Source: Octopus sinensis (taxonomy: Eukaryota). From it: 64,000 nt of DNA. How positions within the stretch are numbered: position 1 is the stretch's first letter; each line of letters starts with the position of its first letter. The stretch covers positions 1,116,001 to 1,180,000 of the forward strand of contig NC_043004.1 of NCBI RefSeq assembly GCF_006345805.1. Reading direction: 5' to 3'. Below, one piece after another: positions 1 through 11,589 of this stretch. Under the pieces are notes generated by a model. The model did not search any database. It saw only the letters and a list, made by a program, of their open reading frames with translations, and was not told the origin of the DNA. The translations under genes were made by a program, and so were the position numbers.

Positions 1-558
1 CTGTGGAAGACATCACGCATGTGATTGGAGCTGTCCTAAAATCTCATCACGGTACTACCTCCCCATGCAGCACGATGTTGTTGCTAAAACAAATTACGAT
101 GCCATCCACGAAAAAGACTGTCCTGAAATAAACTTAGAAAATCCCTCTGTTATGGAATTCATCCATAAACAACAACTCATGGAATACTGGTGGAATATTC
201 CCATCAAAACTTCTGTCAAATGCGAACATAACAGGCCAGATATCGTTGTTTTGGACAGAAGGGCAAAGATATGTACCATCATAAAAGTCAGCTGCCCTGC
301 AGATATAAATATCTCTTTGAAAATCAATGAAAAAGAGGATATCTATGGACAACTGCTCTGAACCCGCCAGCTTCTATATCAATTCGTGTTCATATCAATA
401 ATGGGAGCACTAGGTTTCATTAGTAAATGCTTAAAGGAGACTTTGGATAAACTAGGATTTTCAGAAAGAGAAATCGACCTGCTGATTCGTACATTACAAG
501 TGCAATCTGTGAGTGGAACAGTAAAAATATGCAAGACTTTTTTCAAGGTCCAAATGTG
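1..558 (+). mobile_element. R4/Dong-like (RLE-type) non-LTR retrotransposon 3' fragment
   Basis: Translates to the end of a CCHC knuckle (ITHVIG.CP..YYLPMQHDVVAK), the restriction-like endonuclease motif 'HNRPDIVVLDR...VSCPAD' and the C-terminal 'GALG...VSGTVKICKTF'; stops and frameshifts present. Homologous to 30361-31190. Confidence 0.8.
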
Positions 559-1705
559 AATTTGTCTGAGTTAACTATATCCCAGAGATGGAACCTTGTA
601 TGTTTGTTGGAAACCAGCTCCCTCCTCAGTGGATGATTTATAATAATTAAAAAATAGAAGGGACATACACGGTGATTTTTATGAGTTGAGGTGTACCAGA
701 GCCTAAGTATTTTGGAAGTTTTTCAAGAGCTCTGTCGGCCACAAAGAAATGCTTCTGATCCAGAGTGAAGAGATGTTATAAATTCTATTCAAAATGGAGG
801 CGACAACTGCTTGACTCCTAAACTCGAGCAGTTCCTTTCAATGTCACTCGGATGTAGCTGGGTGTTTGACTTGTTTAGAGAAATAGGATCCTCAAAGCAA
901 ACATATGGACGGATTTTTGACAGCTGCAGGTTGGCAAGTGGGATTGTATCTGTGTAGGTTTGTTTTATCTCTTTCCCAGTTGTAGCGTTGGATCAGGGAA
1001 ACAATGTTTCCAGAGTCCTTTCTTGCTAAAAAAAAAACATTTTTGTTCTGGATCTCCATTCCAGTTCATATCTTGCCCGCAACTGTTGAATTGCAATGGT
1101 TCGTAAAAGAACAGAGCGATATCAATCTCATCGATCTCAGAGGGCCACCTGGGGTTGAAAGCATTACCCCTTCTTTCTGACCCTGCAAATAAATGCAGAG
1201 GAACTTAGAGGCAAAATAAATGGGAGAGTCTCTCTAATCCTCTGATAGAGATGAGTCAATGACATTACACTTTTATTACTGGTGCTGTCTTTAGGTGAAA
1301 AGGTAGGCAGATAACCGTGAAGCAGATCTGGAGAAGAAAGGGCATATCATTGATGATATCAACAAATGGCGATTGATTAAGACTTTGACTGGCTTAAATG
1401 ATTGATTGAGTGATAGAGCGATTAATCAACTAGTCGATCAGTTAACTGGTTAAATGTTAACGAACTGATCAATAATAATGACAGAAGTGAAATGAGCCAT
1501 GTGTGTGTGTGTATGTGTGTGTGTGAGTGTTCTTGTCTGTGTTTATCCGTCATCACGGTTTGGTAATCGGTGTTGGTGTGTTTACATCCCCGTAACTTAG
1601 AGGTTCGGCAAAAAGACAGTGCTACAGCATGGTCGCAATCTAATGAGTGAAACAAGTAAGAAACAGCAGCTAAAAGACAACCAGTGTCAGTGAAAGTGTT
1701 CTTAC

Positions 1706-2028
1706 CTTTGCCATCAAAAAACAATTCGAAGAATCCTTTCCAATCTCCATCGTATTGGAATGCCTTTAACTGGAATATATGATGGTACGCAGAGACAGCA
1801 GTATCCCGAGGGTTGCGTGTTAGGAAAATCATTTTAGGTTTTTTAGTAAATATCTCTTTTGGTAAATGGTGTAAGTAAAGGTGAGTATTAAACACTCTGG
1901 GTGATGGAAGCTGGTTTAAGCCGGTTTCGTCTGTTTTTTTCCATCATGGTAGCAGTTTTGCTTCCTGGATAGTATTCAGCTGGAACCATTGAGTAACATT
2001 ACACAGATTTCCCATATCCAGTGGGTTC
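1706..2028 (-). pseudogene. Sulfotransferase paralogue A, coding exon 2 (frameshifted)
   Basis: AG acceptor at 2030-2029 and GT donor at 1705-1704. Encodes (G)THWIWEICVMLLNGS..PSPRVFNTHLYLHHLPKEIFTKKPKMIFLTRNPRDTAVSAYHH..YDGDWKGFFELFFDGK. Two +1 insertions relative to the paralogue exon at 31701-32024 (near 1981-1986 and in the T7 run at 1934-1940). Confidence 0.85.
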
Positions 2029-2083
2029 CTATATTGGAATCTCTGGAGTGGAATTTAAAATTAAAAAAAAGAATCAAAATATA

Positions 2084-2462
2084 GGTGCAGGAGTGTGGTA
2101 AGTAGCTTGCTTACCAACCACATGGTTCCGAGTTCAGTCCCACTGTGTGGCACCTTGGGCAAGTGTCTTCTACTATAGCCTCGGGTCGACCAAAGCCTTG
2201 TGAATGGATTTGGTAGATGGAAACTAAAAGAAGCCCTTCCTGTATATATATATATATATGTGTTTGCGTGTCTGTGTCTGTGGCCCCAACATCGCTTGAC
2301 AACCGATGGTGGTGTGTTTACGTCCCCGTAACTTAGCGGTTCAGCAAAAGAGACCGATGGAATAAGTACCAGGCTTACAAAGAATAAGTCCTGGGGTCGA
2401 TTTGCTCGACTAAAGGCGGTGCCCCAGCATGGCCGCAGTCAAATGACTGAAACAAGTAAAAG
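2084..2462 (+). mobile_element. tRNA-derived SINE family A (CORE-like, internal microsatellite)
   Basis: Head GGTGCAGGAGTGTGGTAAG, 'ttgggcaagtgtcttctactatagcc' core, 3' end 'ggtgccccagcatggccgcagtcaaatgactgaaacaagtaaaag'; multiple copies in the window. Confidence 0.8.
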
Positions 2463-3091
2463 TGTAGGCCTACATAAATTAGCACAGGATTTGGAACCTA
2501 TGAAGGAGTCATTGTATGGTTGCTTGACCTGTGAGAAATAACAGCCAAGTCTCTTTCAACTCATGCATTCATTGTTGCAAAAAATGAAGGACACATTGGA
2601 TGAGGAAGGCCTAAGGACACTGCGTCAGAAAGAGTAAGACAAAGTGGGTATGACATGAATAGAATCTCTCTTCATAGGTTTGTACATTGAGGACCTTTCT
2701 TTGGTTAAACAACAAAAATAACAATAAGGACAACGACGACAATGCGAACAACAGCAACAACAACTAATATATTGGTTTCAAACTTTGGCACAAGGCCAGC
2801 AATTCCGTGGGTGGGAGTAAGTCGATTGCATCGACACCAGTATTTCACTGGTACTTATTTCATTGGCCTCGAAAAGATGAAAGGCACTACTGCTTGACAA
2901 CCGGTGTTGTTGCGTTTATGTCCCCGATATATAGCAGTTCAGCGAACGAAGCGGTTGATTCATTCGACTAAGAATTCTTCAGGCGTTGCCCCAGCGTGGC
3001 CGCACTCAAATGACTGAAACAAGTAAAAGATAATAATAAATAAATGCGTTGCCATGGAGTCCCCCTCCACTTTGGCAACTGAATACGTTAC

Positions 3092-3278
3092 CAGTTTTCA
3101 TGTAACCGAGAAGTAAGACATCATCTTCTCTTATTGGCATGCTGGGAATTTTTTCAAGAATTTCCTGAACATTTGGGAATGGTGGCACCAAGAATCCATT
3201 GTAGTCGGAAACACGGAGTTGATATCCTGCAGGGTCTTTGTAGAATACTTCAGATATTTTGTAACTTTCTGGTATTCT
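3092..3278 (-). pseudogene. Sulfotransferase paralogue A, first coding exon (start codon ATA instead of ATG at 3257-3255)
   Basis: Acceptor tttttgcag at 3279+ and donor at 3091-3090. Encodes SEVFYKDPAGYQLRVSDYNGFLVPPFPNVQEILEKIPSMPIREDDVLLLGYMKTG. The coding part is 166 nt, the same as the paralogue exon 29266-29431, but ATA stands where the paralogue has ATG. Confidence 0.85.
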
Positions 3279-3500
3279 CTGCAAAAATAAATTATTTAAC
3301 GTGATTAAGCAGTTCGTTTCGTCACCACATGGTTTCGGGCACCTTGCAAGTGTCTTCAAGTATAGTAATGGTTTGTAGGTACCTGGTATTTCGTTATGCA
3401 ACCATGATATAGAATAAAGTATATCAACTTATAAAGCCCTGGGATTTGCACTTACATAGCATGGATTGCTGAGTACATTCTATGAAAATGAGTCTACCAT

Positions 3501-3840
3501 TCTTTTATTCGTTTCAGTCATTTGACTGTGGCCATGCTGGGGCACCGCCTTTAGTCGAACAAATCAACCACAGGACTCATTCTTTGTAAGCCTAGTACTT
3601 ATTCTATCAGTCTCTTTGGCCGAACAGCTAAGTTATAGGGACGTAAACATACCAGCATCGGATGTCATGTGATGGTGGGGGACAAATACAGACACGCGCA
3701 CACACACATACGATGGGCTTCTTTCAGTTTCCGTCTACCTAATTCACTCACAAGGCTTTGGTCGGCCTGAGGCTATAGTAGAAGACACTTGCCCAAGGTA
3801 CCACACAGTGGGACTGATCGACACAGCCACTCCTACGCCT
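3501..3840 (-). mobile_element. SINE family A copy
   Basis: Reverse complement of the family A consensus seen at 4441-4857. Confidence 0.75.
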
Positions 3841-3974
3841 ACATGCACACATAAAAAACAAAAATTAGTTAAAATATCTTCTTAGTATATAATGGTGGCA
3901 AATTTTACATCATCAGAAAAGTCATTAGTTGAACTATTAGTCCTCTTGCATTCTGGTGGGTATCGGAGCGTTTG

Positions 3975-4207
3975 AGCGTCGAGCTGGCAGAAACGTTAGC
4001 ACGCTGGACGAAATGCTTAGCGGTATTTCGTCTGCAGTTACGTTCTGAGTTCAAATTCCGCCGAGGTCGACTTTGCCTTTCATCCTTTCGGGGTCGATTA
4101 AATAAGTACCAGTTACGCACAGTGGTCGATATAATCGACTTAATCCGTTTGTCTGTCCTTGTTTGTCCCCTCTGTGTTTAGCCCCTTGTGGGCAGATAAA
4201 GAAATAG
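3975..4207 (+). mobile_element. tRNA-derived SINE family B (central domain resembles Meta-SINE core)
   Basis: A-box TGGCAGAAACGTTAGC, B-box GAGTTCAAATTCC, core 'gtcgactttgcctttcatcctttcggggtcgat..aagtaccag', 3' end 'aaagaaata'; more than 10 copies in the window. Confidence 0.8.
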
Positions 4208-4440
4208 GAGCGTTTGAGCGACATTAGACCCCAACAAACACCCATAAATTAAATGCATCTATCTGGGCCACGATCGTGACCTGTTGACCTATGCCTGACG
4301 GCCATGATCGTGGCCCGTCGTGCTTTATTTGTTAAATGTTTTTTTATAAATCAATACCACATTCTACTGCGTTAGCAGAGCACTTTACATTATTTTGTTA
4401 AGGTTATTTCTTCAAATATTCCATAGAAATTATAGTTATA

Positions 4441-4857
4441 GGCGCAGGAGTGGCTGTGTGGTAAGTAGCTTGCTAACCAACCACATGGTTCCGGGTTCAG
4501 TCCCACTGCGTGGCATCTTGGGCAAGTGTCTTCTGCTATAGCCCCGGACCGACCAATGCCTTGTGAGTGGATTTGGTAGACGGAAACTGAAAGAAGCCTG
4601 TCGTATATATGTATATATATGTAAGTGTGTGTGTATATGTTTGTGTGTCTGTGTTTGTCCCCCTAGCGTTGCTTGACAACCGATGCTGGTGTGTTTACGT
4701 CCCCGTCACTTAGCGGTTCGGCAAAATAGACTGATAGAATAAGTACTAGGCTTACAAAGAATGAGTCCTGGGGTTCGATTTGCTCGACTAAAGGCGGTGC
4801 TCCAGCATGGCCGCAGTCAAATGACTGAAACAAGTAAAAGAGTAAAGAGTAAAGAGT
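4441..4857 (+). mobile_element. SINE family A, near full-length copy
   Basis: GGCGCAGGAGTGGCTGTGTGGTAAG head, internal (TA)/(TG) microsatellite, 3' stem-loop CAGTC-aaat-GACTG and (AAGAGT)n tail. Confidence 0.85.
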
Positions 4858-5109
4858 TATAATTTCTATAGAATATCTGTAGAAATAAACTGAACTTCAA
4901 CTATAGTTCCAGGATCAACCAATGCTTTATGAGTGAATTTGGCAGGTGGAAACAGTGCGGAAGCCTGAAACTTCGAAGTCACTGTCAATGATATTCTTGT
5001 TTAAGAATAATAAGTTTATACTCTAGAAAAATATTAAATTGTTTAAAGTATAGATAAACAGAAAAACAAAGAATAAAGTATATCAACCCATGAAGCCCAT
5101 ATATACATA

Positions 5110-5338
5110 TAGGGTTGGTGCATAATTATTGTGGCTTTCTTTCAACAAATTTTATTCAACAAAAACAGTAACAACATGTAACAAAACATCTTTAAATGAT
5201 TATTCCGGAGTATATTCACCATCTACTTCAATTACTGCTCCCCCATTTGCTTGGCAGACGGTCAGACTGTCATTTAAAGATGTTTTTGTTGAATAAAATT
5301 TGTTGAAGATAAGCTACAATAATTATGCACCAACCCAA
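5110..5338. mobile_element. Tc1/mariner-type MITE
   Basis: ~55-bp terminal inverted repeats (t[a/t]gggttggtgcataattatt...aataattatgcaccaacccaa) with TA on both sides; second copy at 25919-26164. Confidence 0.85.
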
Positions 5339-5357
5339 TAATATATATATATATGTG

Positions 5358-5395
<38 letters not shown>

Positions 5396-5787
5396 ATGTG
5401 TGTGTAATCTAAAACTTTTAATATGTAACCTAAAACCTGTTTTGACGCCTATTACTTTCTCTTTTCTATATTTTTTATCCTTTTTATAAAAACGGTCTTT
5501 ATCTATAATCCTATACGTTATTATATTATTACAATGTTTGTAGATTCGTATATTATATGTCCCTATATATTTTCGATATTAATGTATTTTTATATTTTTA
5601 CATGTAATTTTAATATAGCAATATATGTTTTTCGGACAATTTTTATCTTAAATTAAACCCACATACATAAGTATCCATCATAGTTTGCCTGATTTGAACT
5701 TTCTCCATTCCATATTATACTGGTCTAACGTCTCAGGTTCGACTTGAGCACTGCTATGTGGTCTGTATCTTTCGTAAGATATATATA

Positions 5788-5852
<65 letters not shown>

Positions 5853-5895
5853 AGAAAGTTGGTGTGTGAAAGCACGTGGTTGAAATATAGAAAAT

Positions 5896-6338
5896 AGTAA
5901 AAAGTGAAAAAACTACAGAAGGCTTGTTTTAAAAGGTTAAAAAATATATATTTGAGTCATTATGTCTGAAGAATGTCATACATTTTTTTCATACAATGAC
6001 ATAATTTTTGAAGAAATGACCGGTTTCGCGTTCAGCTTTTCAAATTTCTTACATCGTTATGTTTACGTTGAGAAGTGTGAAGGAGAAATATTAAGCGATT
6101 ATCTCCCTTACACCGGAAGAAATCACTTATTACCTCCCCTTATCTGGAACTCTTCTTTACACTTCTCAACGAAAATATAATGATGTAAGAAATTTGAAAA
6201 GCTGAACGCGAACCGTCATTTCTTCAAAAATTATGTCATTGTATGAAAAAAATTATAACATTCTTCAGACATAATGACTCAAATATATATTTTTTAACCT
6301 TTTAAAACAAGCCTTCTGTAGTTTTTTCACTTTTTACT
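5896..6338. repeat. Long palindrome/foldback element (~190-bp arms)
   Basis: 5896-~6085 is the reverse complement of ~6150-6338 with few mismatches; flanked by (TA)n and (CT)n. Confidence 0.9.
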
Positions 6339-6340
6339 TG

Positions 6341-6416
<76 letters not shown>

Positions 6417-6419
<3 letters not shown>

Positions 6420-6595
6420 GCGCAACAAGGTGGATAAAACAGTTGTCGAATACCAGAGGTAGAATAATATGCTTATATTAAAAAAGCAGCAAAAATAGCA
6501 CAAAAACTGTTGCTCAGAGTTTCACGTTCCTGTTCGTCGGACGGTTCTGTTCCATTCTAAACAAAACTGTCCAACGAACGGGAATGTGAAACTCT
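6417..6595. repeat. Inverted-hammerhead repeat family, degenerate copy
   Basis: Homologous to 63236-63445 ('tcgaataccagaggtaga..', 'gagtttcacgttcc..gttcgtc'); the hammerhead cores carry substitutions. Confidence 0.7.
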
Positions 6596-7329
6596 CTCTC
6601 TCTCTACATACACACACGTACATACATAATGATCCCCTTCGGTCATGAATGACTATGGGATCGCACCTAGAAAGTTCCCCTCCGAGGCACAAGTCCGGGA
6701 AAGGTTGTTTATGGAAGGCCAGCAGTCGCCCATGCATACCGGCCTTCCCTCTTGAAAGGAAAGGCAAAGGGGCGGATACATCTTGGCACCAGTGACGTTG
6801 CAACTCATTTCTATTGCCGAGTGAACTGGAACAACATGGAAAAAAGTGTCTTGCTCAAGCACACAACACGCAGCCCAGTCTGGGAATCGAACTCACAACC
6901 TCAAGATCGTAATCTTGACGCTCTAACCACTGATCCATGCGCCTTCACCCTACATACACACACACACACACACATATATACATACACTCACACACACATA
7001 CACAAAGCGCACACACACATCTGTATGTATGTGTGTATGTGTGTATGTATTATGTATGCATGTATTTATGTGTGTGTATGTATGTATGTGTATGTATAAA
7101 TGTGTGTGTATGTTTGCTTACGCTCCCGTGACTTAGTAGTTTAGCAAAAGAGACCGATACAATAAGAGCCAGACTCCAAAAATAGTTTTTTCGAGTAAAA
7201 CCTTTCAAAGATGTGCTCCAGCTTGGCCGCAGTCCAGTGACTGAAACAAACAAAAGGTCAACGGCCAAAGTTTTGTCGTGTCCATGCAGCCCTACACGTA
7301 TTAAATACGATATTCTGTCACTTGTTCCA

Positions 7330-7517
7330 CTCATTTGACTGCGGCCATGCTGGAGCACTGCCTTTATTCGAACAAATCGACCCCCAGGACTTTTATAAGC
7401 CTAGTACATATCCTATCGGTCTCTTTTGCCGAACCGCTATTCTTATGGAGACATAAACACTGCAACATCGATTGTCAAGTGATGGTGGAGGAGACAAACA
7501 CAGACGCACAAATACAC

Positions 7518-7553
<36 letters not shown>

Positions 7554-7730
7554 ACACATATATATATATATACGACAGGCTTCTTTCAGTTTCCGTCTGC
7601 CAAATCCACTCACAAGGCTTTGGTCAGCTCGAGGCTAGAGTAGAAGACACTTGCGCAAGGTGCCACGCAGTGGGACTGAAAGCGGAACCATGTGGTTAGG
7701 AAGCAAGCTCCTTACCACACAACCACTCCT
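7330..7730 (-). mobile_element. SINE family A copy
   Basis: Reverse complement of the family A consensus. Confidence 0.75.
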
Positions 7731-7993
7731 GTCAAATATACGAAATAAAGTATTCATAATAATGTAAAAATATACGAAATGAGGTTAATATGTACGACTG
7801 TGATATTGGAAGATATAAAGGAATGACTTACAATACATAATATCAACAATTAAACCGAATGTAAGAAGAGCTTAGAGCAATACAGACCTCGCCTTATGTA
7901 TGATAGGTTTTTTTCTTTAAAAAAAAGATGACCCGATTTCCTAAGTAATCCTAATATGATATCACAGGCCGGATGTATTTCTCCAACTAATCT

Positions 7994-8336
7994 TAAATAA
8001 CAAGGAGTCTGTAATCAGGTGCCCCTTCCACCATCCCTCCATTCAACAAACTTAATTATCTTCCAAAATCGTCTGACAGAATCCTTTCTACAAGAGGCAC
8101 AAAAGGCCTCAATTTTTTATTATTTTATTTTTTTTTTTGTAGGGTGGGGAAACTAGGTCGATTACATCAACCCCAGTGTTTCACTGGTACTTAATTTTTT
8201 GACCTCGGAAGGATGAAAAGCAAAGCCGACCTCGGCGGAATTTGAACTGAGAGTGTAGGACGGGCTAAATACCTCTAAGCATTTCGTCCAACGTTTCTGC
8301 TGCCACCCGTCGTGTGTGTGTGTGCATGTATGTATG

Positions 8337-8373
<37 letters not shown>

Positions 8374-9825
8374 TTCTGCATCTGTGTTTCTCTCCCCACC
8401 ATTACTTGACAACAGATACAGGTGTGTTTACATCCCCGTAACTTTGCGGTTCGGCAAAAGGAACCGATTGAATAAGTACTAGGCTTACAAGGTCCTGGGG
8501 TCGATTTGCTCGACTAAAGGTGCTGCTTCAGCATGGCCGCAGTCAAATGACTGAAACAAATAAAAGAATATATATATATATCTATATATATATATATATA
8601 TTGTTTTTGGATTTGGTTTGCAAGATTCTTTATGTGAGTTCGTGTGTTGAAGCATATTCTGTTGTTGTCTGGGGAGAGTCATTTTCTTTTTGTGCCTTAT
8701 AATGTAACACACTCACCGGTAAAATTTCCACTTTTTCTTATTTTTATTTTCCTAAAATTTTCGTTGCGTCTTGCAACATTTTCAAGTCTTTAATGAAACA
8801 CGGAGGAGAGTCAAGACTATTGAAAAGGTTGCAAGACGCAACGAAAATTTTAGGAAAATAATATATAAGAAATAAGTGAAAATTTTACCGGTGAGCGTGT
8901 TAAATTATAAGGCACAAAAAGAAAATGACTCTCCCCAGACTCAACAGAATATATGTATGTATGTACATGAAGATAAGCATATTAAAAGGGGTCCATGGTA
9001 AAAGGGGTCCGTGGTAGTGAAAAGGTTGGGAACCACTGGTTTAGGAGACGAAATTATATTCGGGCTACACTGCCGCACACCTAGTATCGTCTTGTGACAC
9101 ATCAGAGTGCCGTGGCACAATGGTTGCAGAGCACTGATCTATACAACAATATAGGTGCAGACGTGGCTATGCGGTAAGATGTTTGATTCCCAACCACATA
9201 GTTCCAAGTTCAGTCCCAGCGCGTGGCACCTGGCGTAAGTGCCTGCTTCTATAACCTCGGGTCGATCAAAATCTTGTCAGTGGATTTGATAGACGGAAAC
9301 TGAATGAAACCCGTCGGAAATATTTATACATGTATGTGAGTGTGCGTGTGTGTGTGTGTGTATGTCTGAGACTGGGTTTGATTTCCACAACACCAGAAAC
9401 GTATACACACACAGACACACACACACACACACATACATACTGCATATATATATATATATTATATATATATATATATATATATTATACGTACACACACTCA
9501 TGACGGGTGACAGCAGAAACGTTAGCACGTTGGACGAAATGCTTAGAGGTATTCAGCCCGTCGCTACACTCTCAGTTCAAATTCCGCCGAGGTCGGCTTT
9601 GCCTTTCATCCTTCCGAGGTCAAAAAATTAAGTACCAGTGAAACACTGGGGTTGATGTAATCGACCTTGTTCCCCCACCCTACCAAAAAAATAAAATAAT
9701 AAAAAATTGAGGCCTTTTGTGCCTCTTGTAGAAAGGATTCTGTCAGACGATTTTGGAAGATAATCAAGTTTATTGAATGGAGGGGTGGTGAAAGGGGCAT
9801 CTGATTAAAGACTCCTTGTTATTTA
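7994..9825. repeat. Local inverted duplication (7994-8312 vs 9501-9825)
   Basis: A ~320-bp segment of non-SINE sequence plus SINE B, with shared diagnostic variants, is present in opposite orientations. Confidence 0.85.
8654..8952. repeat. Long palindrome/foldback element (~135-bp arms)
   Basis: 'atattctgttg..ggggagagtcattttctttttgtgcc..cgttgcgtcttgcaac' is mirrored by 'gttgcaagacgcaacg..ggcacaaaaagaaaatgactctcccc..caacagaatat'. Confidence 0.9.
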
Positions 9826-10414
9826 TTGGTGTGTTTACGTGCCCGTAACTTAGCGGTTCGTTAAAAGTGGCAATATAATAACTACCAGTGTTAAAAAATA
9901 AAAAAGGGTCGATTTGTTTGACTAAAGTTCTTTTAGGCGGTGCCACAGCATGGCCGCAGTCTAATTAGTGAAACAAGTGGAAGATAAAAAATAAAATAAC
10001 GTTCTCTCTCTCCCTCTCCTTTTCTCTCCCCACCCCACCCGCCTCTCTCATTCTCTGCGATGCTTTTGACTTTGACCTCAAATAAGTTGATCTTATAAGT
10101 CAACTCTGATACCTTTAAGCCTGAAGCATATTCATGGCAGCCGGGCAGACGATAACCTAGAAATGAAATCCCATTTTGTATTCTTTTCTGTATGATTCAG
10201 TTGAGATAATTTCTTTTTAGTTTGTTTGTTTACTATCTGATAAGGCAGATGTCACACTCGGCAATTACCTGGGGCTCAACCAGTGTAGAGGCACGGATGC
10301 ACGGTTTTGTCCGGTGGCGGTGGTGGGCAGTATAAAGATGTTAAAACAGTCCTTCTCAGATAATAAGCCAGCAGTTTTGTTTCTTATGCTTGCAGTTTTG
10401 TTGTTGCTATAAAG

Positions 10415-11580
10415 CGGCGAGCTGACAGAGACGTTAGCACGCCGGTCGAAATGCTTAGCGGTATTTCCGCCGAGGTCGACTTTGCCTTTCATCCTTTCGG
10501 GGTCGATAAATTAAGTACCAGTTACGCACTGGGGTCGATGTAATCGACTTAATACCTATGTCTGTCCTTGTTTGTCCCCTCTGTGTTTAGCCCCTTGTGG
10601 GTAATAAAGAAATAGGTATTTCGTTTGTCTTTACGTTCTGAGTTCAAATTCCGCCGAGGTCGTCTTTGCCTTTCATCCTTTCGGGGTTGATAAAATAAGT
10701 TCCAGTTACGCACTGGGGTCGATATAATCGACTGGCCCCTCCCCCAAAATTTCGAGCCTTGCACTTAGAGTAGAAAAGTTTTGTTGTTATTGTTGTGAGT
10801 CCTCCTTCCAAACACGGAGTCAGTGTATCTAATCCTACATTATCCGTTGTGTTCTTCAAACATATGTAGAATAGGAGTCAAACGTCTGCGTAGAGACTTT
10901 ATCTGAAGCAACTGCTTAAAGTTGTCAGTAAAGAACAGGGTGAAGGTCCAAGTCATTTATAGCTAAGTATTCAATATTTATTTTTTCTTGCCCACAAGGG
11001 GATAAACATAGAGAGTACAAACAAGGACAGACAAAGGGATTAAGTCGATTATATCGACCCCATTGCGTAACTAGTACTTATTTAATCGACCCCAAAAGGA
11101 TGAAAGGCAAAATCGACCTCGGCGGAATTTGAACTCAGATCATAACGGCTGACGAAATACCTATTTCTTTACTACCCACAAGGGGCTAAACACAGAGAGG
11201 ACAAACAAGGACAGACAAACGGATTAAGTCGATTATATCGACCCCAGTGCGTAATTGGTACTTATTTAATCGACCCCGAAAGGATGAAAGGCAAGTCGAC
11301 CTCGGCGGAATTTGAACACAGAAGGGAGCGGCAGACGAAATACCTATTTTTTTTTACTACCCACAAGGGGCTAAATACAGACGGACAAGTAAGGACAGAC
11401 AAACGGGTTAAGTCGATTATATCGATCCCAGTGTGTAACTGGTACTTATTTTATCGACCCCGAAAGGATGACAGGCGAAGTCGACCTCGGCGGAATTTGA
11501 CCTCAGAACGCAACGGCAGACGAAATACCACTAAGCATTTCGCCCGGCGTTGCTAACTTTTCTGCCAGCTCGCCGCCTTA
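10415..11580. mobile_element. Tandem arrays of SINE family B (dimer on + at ~10415-10760; trimer on - at ~10985-11580)
   Basis: Repeated ~180-bp SINE bodies joined at the 'aaataggtatttcgt' junction. Confidence 0.8.
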
Positions 11581-11589
11581 AGTATTTAA

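Noticed and set aside
560-1400. Non-repetitive-looking segment that might be a further SULT-A exon or a LINE fragment
   Set aside because: No match to SULT exon 3 (YG.WF/YED motifs) and no confident RT motifs in any frame; left unassigned.
3975-4065. tRNA-like sequences with A/B boxes (also ~33900, ~39175 and others)
   Set aside because: They are SINE heads continuing into SINE bodies, with no complete cloverleaf, so they were not called as tRNA genes.
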